From an uncultured Lachnospiraceae bacterium (lineage in GTDB: Bacteria; Bacillota; Clostridia; Lachnospirales; Lachnospiraceae): 64,000 nt of DNA. The position numbers and the translations under genes were made by a program. The notes beneath the pieces were generated by a model. That model ran no database searches, was not told where the DNA came from, and was given only the letters and a program-made list of their open reading frames with translations. Below, in pieces: positions 7,931 to 16,463 of the stretch (positions within the stretch are counted from its first letter, which is position 1; the number at the start of each line of letters is the position of its first letter). The stretch is taken from positions 110,674-174,673 of the forward strand of contig CANQNN010000003.1 in NCBI GenBank assembly GCA_947625205.1, read 5' to 3'.

Positions 7931-9491
7931 TTATACGCCTCTGTTTCTCTGATGAATCCTTGACCCTGCAACAATATACTCCGGCGGTTATCACAAGAAA
8001 TACGCCCGCTGTCCATACGCTCCATGCGGTCAGACTGCGGATATATTCCAGCTCTGTCGCTTTTCCCGTGAGTCCCAGCCAGAATTCCCCCGGCTCTGCA
8101 CTGCCGTACACCGTGTCGGTATCTTTGACCTGTTCGTCTTCCAGATTCAGCTCCACGCTCCATGTCTCGTCCAGATCGCTTAAGCTTCTCGGCACCACGA
8201 TCCTGTCCGGCTTGTGCACGACGAGCAGGGAAACGGCCAATCCTGCGATACAGCCGGCCGCCACAGGCACTGCGATGCGAATGACGCCGCCTGTGAAAAA
8301 TGCCTTTAACCTTGCCGTCGCCGTTTTCCAGCCTGTTGCCGCGAATTCATACGTCCTGTCATATCTGCGGCAGACCGCATATTCCTTTTGCTCTCCTGCA
8401 CCCCGTGCAAAAAGCTGCTCTCCCAAAAAAAGCAGGGAAATATTTTTAAAGGACGTATTAAACAAAAACGGTTCCGTCACGCCCGCCGCCAGGACCGCCA
8501 GTATGATACAAAGCTCCGCGCCCATCTGCTTACGGCAATACCGCCTGATAACGATCCAGTATCCCGCGGCCAGCAGAGCAAAGGCGACCGCGCCATAAGT
8601 AACATACGCGAACACATAGGAATTATCCATCGTCAACGCTCTGGTAGTGATCTCCGACAGTCTGCGGCCAAACAGAGAGAACGGATAATGCGTCAGAAAA
8701 TGCCGCGACAGCCTGAGTCTGGTATTTAGCAGGCTGTTGACCTTCTCAAACAGCGCCCCCTGAAGCAGTATGGGCGCCAGCATGGAAAACAGCAGGCACA
8801 GCGCCGCGCCGCCGCCAATCAGCGCCTTTTCAGTTGTACCGATCTTCTTTCTCCACAGCCAGTACGCGCAGAGCGCCAGATAGAATACCACGGCGATAAA
8901 GCCGGTATAGCTGACGGAATACAGAAAAACATACAGATTGCCCGCCATCATCAGCGCCAGCCACCGCCATTTCATGCGGTCATAAAGCACATACCCCGCC
9001 AGCAGACACAGAACCAGATAAGACACATGGAAAACATTCGGATGCGAATAACCCATTCCCCATCTGAGGATCAGTCCTCCGCCCTTCATATGGACCTTAA
9101 ACGGGCTGCCGATGATCTGCATCGACGTCAGGAAAAACAGACCGACAAAAGAGATGCTCCAGACTGCCAGCCCGATCTTCATGAGACGCCTGATCGGTAT
9201 ATTCTTCATTCCCACTATCAGCATGACATTGATGAGAAGCCCTTTTTCCCCCGATATGCGGTAAATCACCGCGCTAAAAAGCACCAGCGCGGCGGCTGCC
9301 GCCATCTCTCTTCTACTGTACGGGGTCAGGACCATCTTGCAGATCCAGCATATCCCGGCCGCCACAAGCGCGATCTTAAAAGGCATCTGTCCGTCATACA
9401 GGCCGATCCCTTTTGCAAAAAAGAGAATGGAAAAGAACAGATAATACGCCGCTTCACTTAAATTAAAAGATACCTTCTTTTCTCCGGTCAT
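7923..9491 (-). CDS. Polytopic membrane protein, putative Wzy-type repeat-unit polymerase
   Basis: About 12 hydrophobic segments, then a ~110 aa C-terminal extension with one more TM. Located next to wzx in a Wzx/Wzy-type operon. Start moved to ATG 9491 (MTGEKKVSF), which overlaps the upstream TAA by one base (TAATG). Shares a loop motif with the 23117-24355 product. Confidence 0.55.
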   Translation of the reverse strand: MTGEKKVSFNLSEAAYYLFFSILFFAKGIGLYDGQMPFKIALVAAGICWICKMVLTPYSRREMAAAAALVLFSAVIYRISGEKGLLINVMLIVGMKNIPIRRLMKIGLAVWSISFVGLFFLTSMQIIGSPFKVHMKGGGLILRWGMGYSHPNVFHVSYLVLCLLAGYVLYDRMKWRWLALMMAGNLYVFLYSVSYTGFIAVVFYLALCAYWLWRKKIGTTEKALIGGGAALCLLFSMLAPILLQGALFEKVNSLLNTRLRLSRHFLTHYPFSLFGRRLSEITTRALTMDNSYVFAYVTYGAVAFALLAAGYWIVIRRYCRKQMGAELCIILAVLAAGVTEPFLFNTSFKNISLLFLGEQLFARGAGEQKEYAVCRRYDRTYEFAATGWKTATARLKAFFTGGVIRIAVPVAAGCIAGLAVSLLVVHKPDRIVVPRSLSDLDETWSVELNLEDEQVKDTDTVYGSAEPGEFWLGLTGKATELEYIRSLTAWSVWTAGVFLVITAGVYCCRVKDSSEKQRRING

Positions 9492-10420
9492 TATTGATAC
9501 ACTTCTCCTTTGGGACTTACCAACTTCCATCCGGTCCAGAATTCCCGCATTTTCTTCTCGTTAAACGGCTGGTTGTTTCTGTGAAGGGTCGGCCGTATCA
9601 TGATCTTATCCTCATGACCGTTCAGCCTCGCTCCCCAGAAGCTGAATGTGGAGTTGGCGCAGATATTGTGTTTACACCGGCTCATCAGCCACATATCATA
9701 GAAGCTGTACTGTCCGTGATTAATGTCTACTATGGTATATTGTCCGCCTCTGTATCTCTCCTTAACATACGCACTGTCATCGGAGAAAATGAAGAAATGC
9801 GCATCCGGCACACAGCTCTGTACAGCAGCAAGCGCTCCTTCATAATACGCATCCGTACAGATATCTCCGTACAATTCCCTGTTCCCCGGCTGCAGATAAT
9901 CTCCCCTGCGGATATGGACGCTGACGGACTGTGTCGCCTCTATCTCCTGCAGCATGGCGTTGTTTTGTTCCCGGATATCTGCATCCTGACACTGCGGGAA
10001 CCGGATCTCTCCACGAAGCTTCGGCAGAATATCCGCATGATATTTTTCGCAGGCAAAGTAACCTATCACGTATTTATTATCCAGCGTAAATATATTTTCG
10101 TGGTACATATTCTTTTCTATAAAGCAAGGCGCTGCCGCAGGGAACAGCTTTCTTATCACTTTCTTTCCGAAAGCTTCTTTCTCGTCCCATAGCCTGCCCA
10201 ATACGCTTCTTATCTCATCCGGGGAGGCGCATCTGTAGGAGATCCCCTCCAGTCTGTCCAACTCCAGCTCCCTCTTCTCCCGCATTTTGGCCTGTATGCC
10301 CGCATCCGTAAACCACGAAATATCCAGACGGACATCTTTTCCCAGGCTCTCCATTTTCTTATACAGCGCATATTGCTGGAGCTGGTTTCCCAGACCTCCC
10401 ATAGCTCTGACGATCATCAT
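9491..10420 (-). CDS. GT11 family alpha-1,2-fucosyltransferase
   Basis: MMIVRAMGGLGNQLQQYALY, VSVHIRRGDYL and ICANSTFSFWGARLN correspond to the three GT11 signature blocks. The track start 10447 is a GTG; the ATG ATG at 10420/10417 gives the canonical N-terminus. Confidence 0.8.
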   Translation of the reverse strand: MMIVRAMGGLGNQLQQYALYKKMESLGKDVRLDISWFTDAGIQAKMREKRELELDRLEGISYRCASPDEIRSVLGRLWDEKEAFGKKVIRKLFPAAAPCFIEKNMYHENIFTLDNKYVIGYFACEKYHADILPKLRGEIRFPQCQDADIREQNNAMLQEIEATQSVSVHIRRGDYLQPGNRELYGDICTDAYYEGALAAVQSCVPDAHFFIFSDDSAYVKERYRGGQYTIVDINHGQYSFYDMWLMSRCKHNICANSTFSFWGARLNGHEDKIMIRPTLHRNNQPFNEKKMREFWTGWKLVSPKGEVYQ

Positions 10421-10445
10421 GCCGCTTCTACCGCCTTTCCGCTCC

Positions 10446-10485
10446 ACCGGTCTGTCGTCTGCCTTACCGGTCTGTCGTCTGCTTT
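10446..10485. repeat. Tandem 20 bp direct duplication (one mismatch)
   Basis: accggtctgtcgtctgcctt (10446-10465) is followed at once by accggtctgtcgtctgcttt (10466-10485). The unit spans the last codons and the stop of the flippase gene and the spacer before the GT11 gene. Confidence 0.9.
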
Positions 10486-12035
10486 ACCAACCTGTCAAAT
10501 TTCTTAAGAAACGGAAACCTGTCCGTAACCAGTCGCCACAGATAGACAAACTCTTTCGTTCTTCTGAAAAAGAGCACAAATACCAATTGATAGACCGCCG
10601 TGACAATAACAGCCATCAACAGAAAAGTCAGAATATTTACCCTGGCAAGTATCAGATTGCCGACCGGTATGAGAAGAACCGCTATGCCCACGACAACGCC
10701 GCCGTATCTGAGCGAGTCCGTAAAGTACTCTCTGACACTTTTCTGAAAGCACACCCTGTATATAATGACGGGGCGCACCAGATTGGCTATCACGCCGGAG
10801 ATCACCGTTCCGATATAAACGCCCGGAAGCCCGATCCACCTGGCGGCTATGACGGATATGACCAGATTGATGCCGCCCTGTATAAACGCCAGATACCTAT
10901 CCTGTTCAAATATACCCGCTGCCGTCTTAAAATTAAACAGAACGATCCTTCCGCCCTTTAAGTAAAAATCAAGCAAAATAAGGATCAGAGTGAAGCTTCC
11001 CAGCTCCCAGCTCGGGTCCAGATACAGCCCGGTAATGAAGGGCGTCAGCATAAGGAAAAAACCAACCGCCGCATACCCGTACAGCCAGCATGCCATAAAA
11101 CGGTATACCTTGAAAAGACTGTGCTGCTTCTCCCTCGACTCCGTAGCCACCAGATTGCCGAATCCGGAAATCGCGGAATCAAATATAATATTTACAAAAT
11201 TTGACGCATACGCTATGATCTCGTTATAGTTTTTGACCAGTCCGACGGAATCAAGATCTATCATGGAAGAGATGATAATACTGTCCGTGGAGAGTCTGGC
11301 GGCGTCACCGATCTTGTGCAGCATCTGCGCCTTGCACTTGACAGCTATGGCGCCGGTTTCCTCTTTGTCCAGTTTTCTAATCTCCTTATCCCGCAAATAC
11401 GGATACTTCCGGTTGAAATAGATACTGACGAAAATCTTCTGTATAAGCTCTATAGCCGCCTTGGACAGCAGATACAGCACAAAGCTGCCGCTGACCCACA
11501 ATACGGCGATCTGCGTCAGTGCCGTTACGATCTTGGTGACCGTTAAGATATTGGTCTGAATATAGTTTTTCTGTTCCGCGTTTGCCAGGCTATACTTATA
11601 CGCTACGAAATACGTGCTTACAGTATTAAACAAAAATATAAGATAGTATACGGTAATATTGGCAATGGATATATCGCCCCGCTTCTCTTCACTTATGATA
11701 AGCGGTAAAAACGGTGTGATCGCCAACCCGATGGCAGCGACCGTACCCGCGATCGCCAGATACGCTTTTTTGTAAAAAAGCATATATGCTTTGATCTTGT
11801 CATAATCATGGGTCGCCACCGGCTTATACAGGCTGAAATTGAGCGCGGCGCCGATACCCAGCTCGGCCAGAGACAGAATACCGAGAATATCCGTATACAG
11901 TCCGTCGATACCAAGCAGCGTCCTACCCAGAACAACCACAAAGACTTTTCTCTGGATCATGCCGACGATCAGAATCATGAAGTTGCTGATAATGCCGAAA
12001 AAGATGTTTTTTTCGGTCTGTTTCACTCTTCCCAT
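10464..12035 (-). CDS. wzx: Wzx-type polysaccharide flippase (MOP/PST superfamily)
   Basis: 523 aa, hydrophobic throughout (about 12-14 TM). N-terminal block NIFFGIISNFMILIVGMIQRKVFVVVLGRTLLGIDGLYTDILGILSLAELGIGAAL is typical of polysaccharide biosynthesis protein family flippases. Operon context fits. Confidence 0.75.
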   Translation of the reverse strand: MGRVKQTEKNIFFGIISNFMILIVGMIQRKVFVVVLGRTLLGIDGLYTDILGILSLAELGIGAALNFSLYKPVATHDYDKIKAYMLFYKKAYLAIAGTVAAIGLAITPFLPLIISEEKRGDISIANITVYYLIFLFNTVSTYFVAYKYSLANAEQKNYIQTNILTVTKIVTALTQIAVLWVSGSFVLYLLSKAAIELIQKIFVSIYFNRKYPYLRDKEIRKLDKEETGAIAVKCKAQMLHKIGDAARLSTDSIIISSMIDLDSVGLVKNYNEIIAYASNFVNIIFDSAISGFGNLVATESREKQHSLFKVYRFMACWLYGYAAVGFFLMLTPFITGLYLDPSWELGSFTLILILLDFYLKGGRIVLFNFKTAAGIFEQDRYLAFIQGGINLVISVIAARWIGLPGVYIGTVISGVIANLVRPVIIYRVCFQKSVREYFTDSLRYGGVVVGIAVLLIPVGNLILARVNILTFLLMAVIVTAVYQLVFVLFFRRTKEFVYLWRLVTDRFPFLKKFDRLVKQTTDR

Positions 12036-12057
12036 ACCGCTTTACGATCTCTTTCTG

Positions 12058-14130
12058 TTATAAACTGGCCGCCAGAAACTCTTCCGTAACATCCGCAAGC
12101 CTGACCATACTGCCGTCTGCAGTCCGTCCAACTAAGGACACTCTGATATTCTGCGCATCTTCCCATGTCCCTATGTTCCTGATGATCTCGGCGCTGCATC
12201 CTGTCTCATCCGCCTTCAGACCATATGAGTACAGGAACGAACCGGCAGCGTCCTCAACGTTCAGATAATAATCTTCCCATCCGCCACCGTTTTCCTGCAC
12301 GTCGAACTTAAGATCCGCCCGCACGACCGAGGCGGTATTTCCATCATCCTGCAGATCGGCTACATCTGTAAACTCCGCCTGCACGGACGGCGCGACGCCG
12401 CTTTCACCGGATACAGCCATCGGAACCGTGTACCGCAAATATCTGACGCCGCCATACCGCTCCACAATGCTGACCGCCGTACACTGATCATAATAATCCC
12501 GCAGATAGGCAAGCAATATCCCGTTGCTGTCCGCCGAATAATACCGGACATACAGGCGGGGCTTCGTCAGCATATCGTCCACTATGTTATGCACGCCCAT
12601 ACGTCGCAGCATTTCCTTCTCTCCAATCGTAAAATGCGCCACAAGCGAAATACTGTTGTCCATATACCCCGGCTCATGGGAAGACCACAGGTTGTGCGCG
12701 TCATAATAGCGGGACGCATCCTCGATATTGATGTAGAGCGTATCGGAGTTTGCATCTGTCGCCGCATGCACTGCAGCCGCCTCCGCATCCGTTATTTGCG
12801 GTCTCGGAATACTGAACTCTTTCTCGAATCTGACCGATGCAAGACCCGCCGCAAAGGTCAGCGCCGTCAGGGCAAGAATTGCGGTTTTCTGTGTCAGATC
12901 AAATCTTTTCCGGTTTCTTTCTCCGGTCAAATGAGACGACATCGCCAGAAAAGAGAGCGCGCAGGCCAGAATGCAGCCGTTCGTTACCCGCCATTCGATC
13001 CGGCCGATCAGAAGAAAATAGACCCCGCACAGGAGAAACGCAAACAGGCAGCCGATAAGCGGAAGATAACTGTTCCCTGCGCCGTTTAGATACGCCGCAA
13101 AGACAAGGAGCGCCAAAAGACTGATCCACATGGCCGCATGCCCTTTGAGGGAATTCGTAAAATCCTCCGGCGGCCGGACCGCGGCCTGTTTAAGCGCCGT
13201 CATCTTCTCAAGATCCGCCGAGGAAAAATGATTTTCATCTCCTGTAATAAATGCATTGACCATATTGATCCATGACTGTTGTATTCCCAGATCCTCATAA
13301 GCTTCCCGGCTACTCTCATAAGACGGATAGCGGTCCGCATAATCACATATTTCCTCACGAAGCGCATTGGCTCTGACATATTCGCCCAGATCGGGATCGA
13401 TGACCCCGTACAGCTTATGAAGTCCAAACGACGCAAAGACCGCCGCCGTTACGATCACAATATACAACAGGTATTTTCTGCGGTTTATAAAAGAATCTCT
13501 CAAAGACTCTGCAAAAGAAGACGCCGTATAGGGAAACAGGAAGAAATATCCCAGACACATCACCCCGAACGGCAGAAGAAGAAGAAGCGCTTTCCACCGC
13601 ACCGCACCGGCCGTAAGAAGCAGCAGTACACCCGCAAGCGTCTTGATACCGTCATGCTTTGCAGATGTCCGGTCCGCATAACAGCAGTCAAATATAATAA
13701 GCATTCCCGACAGCCCCGCTATCACCGTTGTCTGCGTAAAGTTAATATCATACCTTAGCATCAGCTCCCAAAAAAACAGCGCGAACAGGCCGTCCATCCA
13801 CAATAGAGCGATCCGCTCCAGGAATGCGAAGCGTCTGTTAATGAACCACAGAAAAACAAACAGCCCGCCAAACATGACCGCCACAGAAAACAGAGCCCAC
13901 CAGTTTGCCCTGACAACAGCATTCAAAAGCCTGAGTACATAAGCCAGCACGGGGGATATGAAGAAAAACCCCGGAGCGATCTTTTCCGACGCCAGATATT
14001 CGGCTATATTGATATCACCCGCCGCAGAAAGCACAGGCTCCGTAACCGCGAAAACAAAAAGCGCAGCCAGTGTAAAAAACAGTGCGATGCCATATGGAGA
14101 TCCGAGTTTTCGATATATCTGTCTTTTCAT
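12058..14130 (-). CDS. Uncharacterised polytopic membrane protein with a ~230 aa C-terminal soluble domain
   Basis: The track ORF starts at 14145 (TTG). I prefer ATG 14130 (MKRQIYRKLG), preceded by GGGAGTAAAA. About 6 TM, a soluble loop (EYVRANALREEICDYADRYPSYESS), about 4 TM, then a non-hydrophobic C-terminal domain. Architecture and several blocks resemble the 60156-61919 product. Confidence 0.45.
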   Translation of the reverse strand: MKRQIYRKLGSPYGIALFFTLAALFVFAVTEPVLSAAGDINIAEYLASEKIAPGFFFISPVLAYVLRLLNAVVRANWWALFSVAVMFGGLFVFLWFINRRFAFLERIALLWMDGLFALFFWELMLRYDINFTQTTVIAGLSGMLIIFDCCYADRTSAKHDGIKTLAGVLLLLTAGAVRWKALLLLLPFGVMCLGYFFLFPYTASSFAESLRDSFINRRKYLLYIVIVTAAVFASFGLHKLYGVIDPDLGEYVRANALREEICDYADRYPSYESSREAYEDLGIQQSWINMVNAFITGDENHFSSADLEKMTALKQAAVRPPEDFTNSLKGHAAMWISLLALLVFAAYLNGAGNSYLPLIGCLFAFLLCGVYFLLIGRIEWRVTNGCILACALSFLAMSSHLTGERNRKRFDLTQKTAILALTALTFAAGLASVRFEKEFSIPRPQITDAEAAAVHAATDANSDTLYINIEDASRYYDAHNLWSSHEPGYMDNSISLVAHFTIGEKEMLRRMGVHNIVDDMLTKPRLYVRYYSADSNGILLAYLRDYYDQCTAVSIVERYGGVRYLRYTVPMAVSGESGVAPSVQAEFTDVADLQDDGNTASVVRADLKFDVQENGGGWEDYYLNVEDAAGSFLYSYGLKADETGCSAEIIRNIGTWEDAQNIRVSLVGRTADGSMVRLADVTEEFLAASL

Positions 14131-14147
14131 TTTTACTCCCATCAAAA

Positions 14148-15368
14148 CTACTTTTCCGGCGCATCATCCGTATTCTTACGGGATGCCCGATGACTGCATT
14201 CGTTCCATAACCTGCGCACTTCTTCGCCCGCCTCCACTGCCCTGGCACAGTACGCCGGCATAACGGAAGCCAGCCTGTCGCGGATCTCCTGTTCTCTTTC
14301 CAGGAGCCAGTCGTATGCCCGGACCAGTTCGTCCGGCTGTTCAAGCGCCTGGACCGGAATGACATAGTGCTCCTCACTGCCAAACAGATCTCTCGCTATG
14401 CCTCTCGCCTTCACGGAATATCCCACAACCAGAGTAGGCACGCAGCTTGAGTAAGCCGCGATCGTCGCGTGCGTTCTGGCGCCCACAAACGCCTTACACT
14501 GTGAAATAACATATTTCAGTTTCTGACAGGACATATCAGGAAAAAGGAAAACCCTGTCATTGGATTCATAACCGCTGTAAAGCTCCTGCAAAGTCAGCCT
14601 GTCATCATTATGATTCCACATGACATGCGGAATAAGCGCCACACAGTCATCCGTGTCCCGGAGAATATGCTCTATCAGGCTGCGGTAATTTTCAAGCGTA
14701 ATGCCGGCGCTGTTTTCATTCCGGACGATCATCGGACTAATATTGATCCCTGTCACCCGGCCGCTCTGAAAACCTTCCGGCAGCTGCGTCTGCTCCGGCT
14801 CCAGCGCGAACGCCGGATCGGGATACAGCTTTACGTTCTCCGTGATACCGGCCTGACGAAGCGCCTGCGCCGTGATAGACTCCCGCGGCGTGATCAGCGC
14901 ATATCGCTTCATATCTTCCACGACTTCCTTATCCTGCAGCAGCTCAGGCTCTATGGAGCATCCCCACAGCACCGTCCTGGCGCCGGCCCTGTTGAACGTA
15001 CTGTTCGCAACGATAGCTTCCCGTTTGGAAGTCTCATAACAGTACATGTCACCGCCCGTTGACAGATACAGCGGAGCACGGTTTTTGCCGAGTACTTTGC
15101 GGAAGCGATACCGCATGAATGATTCCGGGTCATGAAAAACGGCGCGCCAAATATAATACCAGACATGGGCGAAAAAATGCTCGGCGATCTTTTTCTCCTG
15201 CAGAATGTCGCACAAAGGCTCCAGAGAATAATACCTGTCTTCTTTTTCGCTGTTGGTCACGAGAAGCAGGGGAATACCTGCAAGCATATGGCAGGTACTG
15301 TTGATGATCGCCTCGCAGCCGTGATTTCCGCTCCCTCCATGCAAATACATCACTATCCGGTCATTCAT
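14148..15368 (-). CDS. Polysaccharide pyruvyl transferase (WcaK/AmsJ-like)
   Basis: MYLHGGSGNHGCEAIINS N-terminal block, STGGDMY, DPAFAL, and FVGARTHATIAAYSSCVPTLVVGYSVKARGIARDL fit the PS_pyruv_trans family pattern as I recall it. Start set to ATG 15368 (MNDRIVMY), one base after the upstream TAA. Confidence 0.7.
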   Translation of the reverse strand: MNDRIVMYLHGGSGNHGCEAIINSTCHMLAGIPLLLVTNSEKEDRYYSLEPLCDILQEKKIAEHFFAHVWYYIWRAVFHDPESFMRYRFRKVLGKNRAPLYLSTGGDMYCYETSKREAIVANSTFNRAGARTVLWGCSIEPELLQDKEVVEDMKRYALITPRESITAQALRQAGITENVKLYPDPAFALEPEQTQLPEGFQSGRVTGINISPMIVRNENSAGITLENYRSLIEHILRDTDDCVALIPHVMWNHNDDRLTLQELYSGYESNDRVFLFPDMSCQKLKYVISQCKAFVGARTHATIAAYSSCVPTLVVGYSVKARGIARDLFGSEEHYVIPVQALEQPDELVRAYDWLLEREQEIRDRLASVMPAYCARAVEAGEEVRRLWNECSHRASRKNTDDAPEK

Positions 15369-15369
15369 C

Positions 15370-16413
15370 TTAATTACCGTTCCCTTTCCTGCCGGAGCGG
15401 TCATAGCTCCGGACGATCATGCGCAGGATCCATATAAGCGCTCTGTCCGGATGCCGCATTCCGGCATACATCAGAGCATTCGTCCGGTTCCGCACAGTAA
15501 GCGGCGTATTAAGGATCTTATCCCTGACTTCCTTACGCATAAATATCTCCCGGATCCTGGACATATAATCATGTCCCGGGTTGCGCAGCTCGTTTTTCAT
15601 AACATAGATCAGCATATAACAGTATTCCCTGTCGAGCCCGGCCTCACCGTCCGGCACCTTCTTATCGCTCACGATCCTGTGCACGGCGCGAAACCATGCC
15701 GCCACGCTTCGCGCATTGTCGGGATCATAAGCATGCACAATGGAATCATCCACATACCGGTAATGGTAAAACAACGCTTCCTTCATAATAACGATACGGC
15801 TGGCTGCCAGCAGCGCCGGATAGATCAGATTAAAATCGTCCCCCATTCTGAGTGTCGTATCATAGTATTTCTCATTGCCTTGAAAAACAGACTTCTCACA
15901 CAGCTTCATGCAGCGCGACATCGGAATGATCCTGTTTTCCAGCCCCAGCAGTTTTGCCTTGACTTCACTGTCAAGTCTGGATCCCTCATAGATCCCCGCA
16001 GGCAAAGGCTGAATAACAGGGATCGTCTCTTTTCTCTTCTCCAGCACGTGATTACAGCAGACGATCTCACCCGGCTGCCCCACCAGACACGCGGCCATTT
16101 CTTCCAGCATGTCCGCGCTGATATAATCATCGCTGTCAACAAACGTATAATAATCGCCCGACGCCTGGTTCATTCCGTTCGCCACTGCTGCGGTAGGCCC
16201 TTGATTCTGCTGCCGGATCGTCCTGACGCGCTCGTCCATATCTGCGTACCGTTCACATATCGCACCGCTTGCGTCCGTAGAGCCGTCATCAATGAGCAGC
16301 AGCTCAAAACTGCCGTAAGTCTGCGCCAATATACTGTCAATACACTGCTCCAGATAATCTGCCTTATTATAGACGGGAACGATCACACTGATCTTATATT
16401 CTGCTTTTGACAT
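15370..16413 (-). CDS. GT2 family glycosyltransferase
   Basis: KISVIVPVYNKADYLEQCIDSILAQTYGSFELLLIDDGSTDASGAICE and GDYYTFVDSDD. ATG 16413 (MSKAEYK) has GGAG six bases upstream; the track start 16425 has its SD too close. Confidence 0.85.
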   Translation of the reverse strand: MSKAEYKISVIVPVYNKADYLEQCIDSILAQTYGSFELLLIDDGSTDASGAICERYADMDERVRTIRQQNQGPTAAVANGMNQASGDYYTFVDSDDYISADMLEEMAACLVGQPGEIVCCNHVLEKRKETIPVIQPLPAGIYEGSRLDSEVKAKLLGLENRIIPMSRCMKLCEKSVFQGNEKYYDTTLRMGDDFNLIYPALLAASRIVIMKEALFYHYRYVDDSIVHAYDPDNARSVAAWFRAVHRIVSDKKVPDGEAGLDREYCYMLIYVMKNELRNPGHDYMSRIREIFMRKEVRDKILNTPLTVRNRTNALMYAGMRHPDRALIWILRMIVRSYDRSGRKGNGN

Positions 16414-16463
16414 GTTTAGCTCCATTCTCCTGCCGTTCGGCCATGATCGATGAGATCCGCAGA

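Noticed and set aside
15451-16410. Long antisense ORFs opposite well-supported genes: 15451-16410, 18740-19645, 5517-6347, 31656-32516, 47283-47996, 55749-56642 and 59012-59728 (all plus strand, 230-320 aa), plus the many shorter ones on the track
   Set aside because: Each lies wholly inside a minus-strand gene that has strong family motifs. Their translations are rich in R/H/P/Q/I, with no motifs, no SD sequences and no operon logic. This is typical of shadow frames in moderately GC-rich coding DNA.
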